Origin: Candidatus Helarchaeota archaeon
Lineage (GTDB): Archaea > Asgardarchaeota > Lokiarchaeia > Helarchaeales > RDOG01
DNA length: 64,000 nucleotides
Assembly (NCBI GenBank): GCA_029838215.1
Contig: JALGVI010000011.1
Span: forward strand, 1-64,000
Reading direction: 5' to 3'
In this document: one piece after another, positions 59,367 through 64,000 of the stretch
Position numbering within the stretch: position 1 is the first letter of the stretch
How the letters are laid out: every line of letters begins with the position of its first letter
Notes under the pieces: generated by a model
What the model saw: only the letters and a program-made list of their open reading frames with translations
Database searches by the model: none
What the model was told of the DNA's origin: nothing
Translations under genes and position numbers: made by a program

Positions 59367-60614
59367 ATGATGAATTTTGGGGAAATTCTACAAACTTGGA
59401 TGAGTAAATCCCCCGAGACTTTGAAGCGACATTTCAAGTTTAAAGAGCGTGATCACGTGCCCTCTGATTTTGGTGATATTCCGGACGATTTGATAACAAA
59501 AAAGCACATATTTTTAGGAAAGAACACTTGGCTTCTTTATCGGCAATTTGGTTATGAATTCATGGAAGCCTTTATCTCGTCCTTGCACGAGCACGTGGTG
59601 ACCGAAACCATCAATAAGCGGCTCAAGGAGTCCATCATTTTAGCAAAGGAAGAATCATTAGGAAGGCTCGAAAAACCCGAAAAAACATTAACTCATTGGA
59701 TTTTACCACCAATTCGTACAGTAGTCGCCAACCAAAATCAAGGTGCCGTGAAATATTTCTTTGGCGAAAGTTGCGATGTTTCCTTCATAATTATTGACGA
59801 TTATAGGCAAGACATTCCACTCGTGCTCACGTGTCATGTTGAAAATGGGCTTCCTGTTGATTTTTGGATCATCAATCAAGATTCACCAGAGATGACCATC
59901 AAGAATAAAGAAGGCATTGAATTTCGAAATTTGCCAAAGAAACTCAAGACTTTGGGACGATGTAGCATTTTCGTGAAAGAATTGTTAAATCAATTTAGGT
60001 CTGAACGTAGTCCCGAATGGAGCACGTCTGCACATTACTTATTTTTAGGTTTCAACACGGGTCTATACAATTTAATTGCAGAACCCTCAAATTTTGAGCT
60101 GGAAATCGCTTTGTGGGATGCCATGAATGCTGCCAAGCACGGTCTTCCCACTGCGTGGTTCGTGTATACGCCTTGGCCACCAATGTTGAAGAACCTACTC
60201 AATCTCGACCGAAAAACGAGTAGCCTGCGCGCACTTGAGATGTTTACAAAGGGAAGACTGCACGTCTTGCCCATCGAAGAATCAACGCTAAATTGGTTGA
60301 ATGAAAATTATCCCGAGGTATACCGGGGCTTGTTGGCACAACGGGCCATCTACGGCATTCCATCTATTAATCACACGCTAAATTGTAAGATCCCTGATTA
60401 TTCTGATGAGTCAACTTTCCTAGAAAAGAAATTCTCTTGGAAATATCCAAAAGAAAAGAAGATCTTTCCCGGAGACATGGGAATGAGCGTGGAAGACACG
60501 TTTAAAGGTGTTTATCTCGATGTTGATTCCAAGACACCCATTGATGAAAAAATCACGAAGAAACACATTTTATCCATTGGCATTGGAAGGGAAACGAAAT
60601 TTCCCAATGATTGA
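59367..60614 (+). CDS. Hypothetical protein
   Basis: 415-aa ORF; no family recognised. Confidence 0.75.
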   Translation: MMNFGEILQTWMSKSPETLKRHFKFKERDHVPSDFGDIPDDLITKKHIFLGKNTWLLYRQFGYEFMEAFISSLHEHVVTETINKRLKESIILAKEESLGRLEKPEKTLTHWILPPIRTVVANQNQGAVKYFFGESCDVSFIIIDDYRQDIPLVLTCHVENGLPVDFWIINQDSPEMTIKNKEGIEFRNLPKKLKTLGRCSIFVKELLNQFRSERSPEWSTSAHYLFLGFNTGLYNLIAEPSNFELEIALWDAMNAAKHGLPTAWFVYTPWPPMLKNLLNLDRKTSSLRALEMFTKGRLHVLPIEESTLNWLNENYPEVYRGLLAQRAIYGIPSINHTLNCKIPDYSDESTFLEKKFSWKYPKEKKIFPGDMGMSVEDTFKGVYLDVDSKTPIDEKITKKHILSIGIGRETKFPND

Positions 60615-60623
60615 CGTGAATTT

Positions 60624-61616
60624 TCATTTAAATGCCGGATTCATTTCTGAATAGACCGCGAAAAGTTTTCTCCCTATTGAAAAAATGTGCTCGTGGTTGA
60701 TCAAGCGATACATCAAGCTTTTTGGTAATTTGTGAATACCATTAAAGGCACCTGAGATTGCGCCGCAAATTGCACCTGTCGTATCGGTATCTCCTCCTGC
60801 TAAAATGACCTCATTCACACTCTCGAAATAATCATGAGGAGTCCGTAAAAAACAATAAAGTGCAGCTAGAACCGTCGTGCAGGCATAAGGATGGATGATT
60901 CCGTTCTCCGGAAGCTTTTTAGGTAGGTATTCGGGACGCACTCCTAAAATGCCTAACTTTTTTAATGCTTTTTTAGGTGATTGCTTGAGAAATGAATCGA
61001 GCATGCCAATATGGTTTTTGAACTCTTCGTGTTCTGGCTTTTGAAGTGCATTGCATAAGACTTCAATAAAATCATCAAGCACGACTTCCTCATTGACGGC
61101 CAAATATGCCACTGCACGGGCAACAACAATAGCAGCCGCCGCGGCTGCTTCCTGCGTGTGCGTGATTTTCGTTGTTTCATCGGCAATGCGAATCAATTCT
61201 GACACGTCATGACAATAGAAAAGCCCTATTGGAGAAATCCTCATTGCAGAACCATTTGCTCCGGAATCGTATCCCGATTTTGTCCACGGTACTCCTCTTG
61301 CAAGATTATAAATGGCATTTAGGCAAGCCATTCCCGGTCCGATTGGAGGCTCATCGAGCCATTGGATGAAACGCTTGACTAAGACGGATGGTTGGTATCC
61401 TTTTCCTTCAATTAATGCTTCTGCCATCGCTATTGTTAGTTGTGTATCATCAGTATACCGTCCACGATAAAACTTCGAAGTGTCGTCCCCGCAAAGCCGC
61501 TCAATTGAATTCCTACTTCGTCCTTCGAATGGCTGACCGAGTGCATCACCCATACCACAACCAAGAATGGTTCCTACGAATTTTTCTTCAATCCGATCGT
61601 GGATTTCAAATTCCAA
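60624..61616 (-). CDS. ADP-ribosylglycohydrolase (DraG/ARH family)
   Basis: GCGMGDALG, YTDDTQLT, NGSAMRISP, GGDTDTTGAICGAISGA. Confidence 0.95.
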   Translation of the reverse strand: MEFEIHDRIEEKFVGTILGCGMGDALGQPFEGRSRNSIERLCGDDTSKFYRGRYTDDTQLTIAMAEALIEGKGYQPSVLVKRFIQWLDEPPIGPGMACLNAIYNLARGVPWTKSGYDSGANGSAMRISPIGLFYCHDVSELIRIADETTKITHTQEAAAAAAIVVARAVAYLAVNEEVVLDDFIEVLCNALQKPEHEEFKNHIGMLDSFLKQSPKKALKKLGILGVRPEYLPKKLPENGIIHPYACTTVLAALYCFLRTPHDYFESVNEVILAGGDTDTTGAICGAISGAFNGIHKLPKSLMYRLINHEHIFSIGRKLFAVYSEMNPAFK

Positions 61617-61659
61617 GAAATCACCTTGTGAATAAAAGAAATAATGGGAGGAAAGAAAA

Positions 61660-62928
61660 TTATCGAAGGCTTTCCCGGAGGTTGGCGAGTTCGATCAGGT
61701 TATGTATGCGGTGAAGACTATCCTCGCATTTCTTCAATTCATCAAAATCGCCAATCTCGGTTGCAAGTCGAGCTGCTTCCGTAAACACGTTTACAGCATC
61801 TCGATATTTGCCATTTGTTTCCAGTAGGTGTCCTCTACTTATGAGTTCATCAAGTTGCGTTCGTAAAAGCGGGATGTGTTGCTTTACCTGTTGCAATTTT
61901 TGTGAGAACTCTGTTGCTCTTGAGCGGAACTGTTGAGCAGTAGAGACTTCTCCCAATCGCTCTGAATATTCTGCAATTTGCAGGAGAACCTTTGCCGCTT
62001 GCTCTAAATTCTCTTCACGTAAAAGGAATTCCAGTTGCTTGAATAATTGCTCTCTCTGTTCCCGAAGAGATTCCCGTTCCACGAGTATTTTCTTCACGAA
62101 GTTTTTTACCTTCTTCTTCGGAGTATTTTTCAACACTTGAATGCAAGCCGCTCGACTTTCCTCCGAAGATGATATCAGATCATTAAGCAGAGCCATTTTA
62201 TCATTTTTCACAAGACCCTTGAACTCTTCCAGTTTTGTCCATACTTTTCGCTTCTCTGCCTCTTCGTAGACATTTTCCACGTCTATGCTTGTTAATACCT
62301 GCTTTTTTCTGAGTTCAAAGATATTTTTGATAACGTTCTCCCGCGAATATCCCTTATTTTTAAGCAGATCTTCAATCAAGGGAGCAATGAAAAAGAAGCC
62401 GCGTTTTTGAGAGAGTTCTTTTGCCCTTTTAATGATGGCTTTTTGGATGCTATTAAGCCCTGTTGGGAGATCTGATAGATCTAATGGCAACATTTGAGGT
62501 TGCATTAGAAAAAGATTGAATTCTTCTTCGCAAAGCTTTTTTGCAGAATCAAAATCTTTTACGTTCCCTTTGAAATTTTTTAATTCCTTCTTGAATTGTG
62601 TTTCAAAATCTTGAGTGAATTTAATGAGAGATTGTTTTATAGAATCTGATGGTTCTGAGTCTAACATCAAGGCGACCATGATTTCTTTTCCATCAGCGAG
62701 CATTATTTGAAATCGTTCCATTTGCCAAGTGAATGTCGGAACATCTTCAACTTTCTTTTCTTCCTTTACTGGTTTTTCTTTTTCAACCTTACTTTTCTTT
62801 TTTTTCTCTGGTTTTGATTTCTTCTTCTGGACTTTTTCTACGACCTTCTTCTTCGGCGGAGACGTGGCTGCATCTTTTCCTTCCTCACCAAAACCTACGA
62901 ATTTGCCGGGCTGTCTTCTCCGATCCAT
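61660..62928 (-). CDS. Lys-rich N-terminus, partial longin-like region, C-terminal TPR-like helices
   Basis: FQIMLADGKEIMVALML...LIKFTQDFETQFKKELKNFKGNV resembles the second half of a longin. C-terminus has helical repeats (KYRDAVNVFTEAARLATEIGD). Confidence 0.65.
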   Translation of the reverse strand: MDRRRQPGKFVGFGEEGKDAATSPPKKKVVEKVQKKKSKPEKKKKSKVEKEKPVKEEKKVEDVPTFTWQMERFQIMLADGKEIMVALMLDSEPSDSIKQSLIKFTQDFETQFKKELKNFKGNVKDFDSAKKLCEEEFNLFLMQPQMLPLDLSDLPTGLNSIQKAIIKRAKELSQKRGFFFIAPLIEDLLKNKGYSRENVIKNIFELRKKQVLTSIDVENVYEEAEKRKVWTKLEEFKGLVKNDKMALLNDLISSSEESRAACIQVLKNTPKKKVKNFVKKILVERESLREQREQLFKQLEFLLREENLEQAAKVLLQIAEYSERLGEVSTAQQFRSRATEFSQKLQQVKQHIPLLRTQLDELISRGHLLETNGKYRDAVNVFTEAARLATEIGDFDELKKCEDSLHRIHNLIELANLRESLR

Positions 62929-63083
62929 GGCTGTTCGCCTTCTTCCTGCTCGCTAGTAAAACATTTCAAATATCTTATGAAAAATAAATCCGGTTTCCTT
63001 CTATTTTAAATTTCACTTTGCGACTTGAATCTTATCCTCGTGGACCTATATCAATTTTTTGTAAAGTTTTTTAATGAGGTGTT

Positions 63084-63860
63084 TCACGTTGAAAGAACAT
63101 TTAAAGCATCGCGGACTTCTGCTCCATCCTTTATGATTCGAGAAACCGCCGAAACAATTCGTGTCGGATCTTCATGTTGAAATGCATTCCTTCCTAACGC
63201 ACATCCGATTGCTCCTGCGTCAATGGAATCTTTAATCATTTTTAGCAGACTTTCGTCAGAAGTGATTTTTGGACCACCGGCAATAACCACGGGAACGGGA
63301 CATCCTCTTACAACAGTTTTAAAGCTGTCAATATCTCCTGTATAAACCGTTTTAACAATATCTGCACCCAATTCAGAACCAACACGAGCTGCTAATGCAA
63401 CCAATTCGGGATCGTAGGGATTAGTGATATTTTCTCCTCGCGGATAGACCATTGCAAGTAACGGAATTTGATACTTCGCACATTCATCTGCAATTCGGAA
63501 GTGTTCAAGCATGGCTGGTTCATGAATGCTTCCAAAATTCACGTGAATTGAAACCGCATCAACACCAGCACGAATGGCGTGTTCAATTGAACTAATCAAA
63601 ACCTTCTTATCGGGAACCCCAATTTTGGTTGATGCTGATAAATGCATTATCAAGCCACACCCGGGTGCCTTTTCTAGAGCCTGTATCATTCCCTTATGCA
63701 ATAGAATGGCTGTAGCACCTCCAGCAACGACTTTATTAACAGCGTCATTGATATTTATTAAACCCGGGATGGGACCAAGAGTGACGCCATGATCCATGGG
63801 AATGATGATGGCTTTCCCATCATCAAGAATTCGACTCAAACGCATTTCTTTTCCATTCAT
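63084..63860 (-). CDS. DhnA-type class I aldolase, probably 2-amino-3,7-dideoxy-D-threo-hept-6-ulosonate synthase (AroA')
   Basis: IPMDHGVTLGP, LLHKG, MHLSAST, AMVYPRG, ELGADIVKTVYTGD, AGGPK, GRNAFQH. Lies directly downstream of asd, whose product is the AroA' substrate. Confidence 0.85.
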   Translation of the reverse strand: MNGKEMRLSRILDDGKAIIIPMDHGVTLGPIPGLININDAVNKVVAGGATAILLHKGMIQALEKAPGCGLIMHLSASTKIGVPDKKVLISSIEHAIRAGVDAVSIHVNFGSIHEPAMLEHFRIADECAKYQIPLLAMVYPRGENITNPYDPELVALAARVGSELGADIVKTVYTGDIDSFKTVVRGCPVPVVIAGGPKITSDESLLKMIKDSIDAGAIGCALGRNAFQHEDPTRIVSAVSRIIKDGAEVRDALNVLST

Positions 63861-63883
63861 TTAGAACTCTTCCAGTAAAGAAA

Positions 63884-64000
63884 TCAGACTAAATCTAATG
63901 CAATGGCAACCTCAGCACCCAACACGGAAGATCCTGCAGCACCACGTATTGTATTATGACTCAAGAGACAAAGATTAACCGAGTAATCATCTATTCCTCG
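63884..64000 (-). CDS. asd: Aspartate-semialdehyde dehydrogenase, 3' end (partial)
   Basis: Manual translation RGIDDYSVNLCLLSHNTIRGAAGSSVLGAE..., containing the HNTIRGAAG catalytic-His motif. Confidence 0.88.
   Translation of the reverse strand, partial: RGIDDYSVNLCLLSHNTIRGAAGSSVLGAEVAIALDLV

Overview
This is an AT-rich archaeal chromosomal window, most likely from an Asgard archaeon. That assignment is inferred from three longin-type proteins, an MglA-like small GTPase, an Asgard-style histone, archaeal/eukaryote-type selenocysteine machinery and an expanded 23S rRNA. In order it contains: (1) an nrdD running off the left edge, a longin-wHTH protein, a histone, a UPF0182 protein and an FGGY kinase; (2) a 9.4-kb methanopterin-biosynthesis cluster (mptD, DUF447, PurM/HypE-like, mptG, DUF1464, DHPS-like, mptA, two nucleotidyltransferases); (3) a 10.6-kb uncharacterised locus with six apparently paralogous small coiled-coil proteins (two end in L[KR]PSx[LF]FG, a third in RLFGNY), a B12 radical SAM enzyme, three large helical proteins and an MglA-like GTPase; (4) iorBA, ppsA, uL16, trmJ, tmcA, a LysR regulator and npdG; (5) selB, SepSecS and an intron-containing 9/4 tRNA-Sec; (6) Fe-S and ADP-ribose-hydrolase genes around a stand-alone 23S rRNA gene that carries two introns, expansion segments, a BHB processing stem and an apparent ~38-nt loss of conserved core; (7) an aroA'-type aldolase and the 3' end of asd. 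Two intergenic hairpins with CU-rich loops are ncRNA candidates. No CRISPR array, transposase or integrase was seen. All family assignments come from motif recognition by eye, without database searches.
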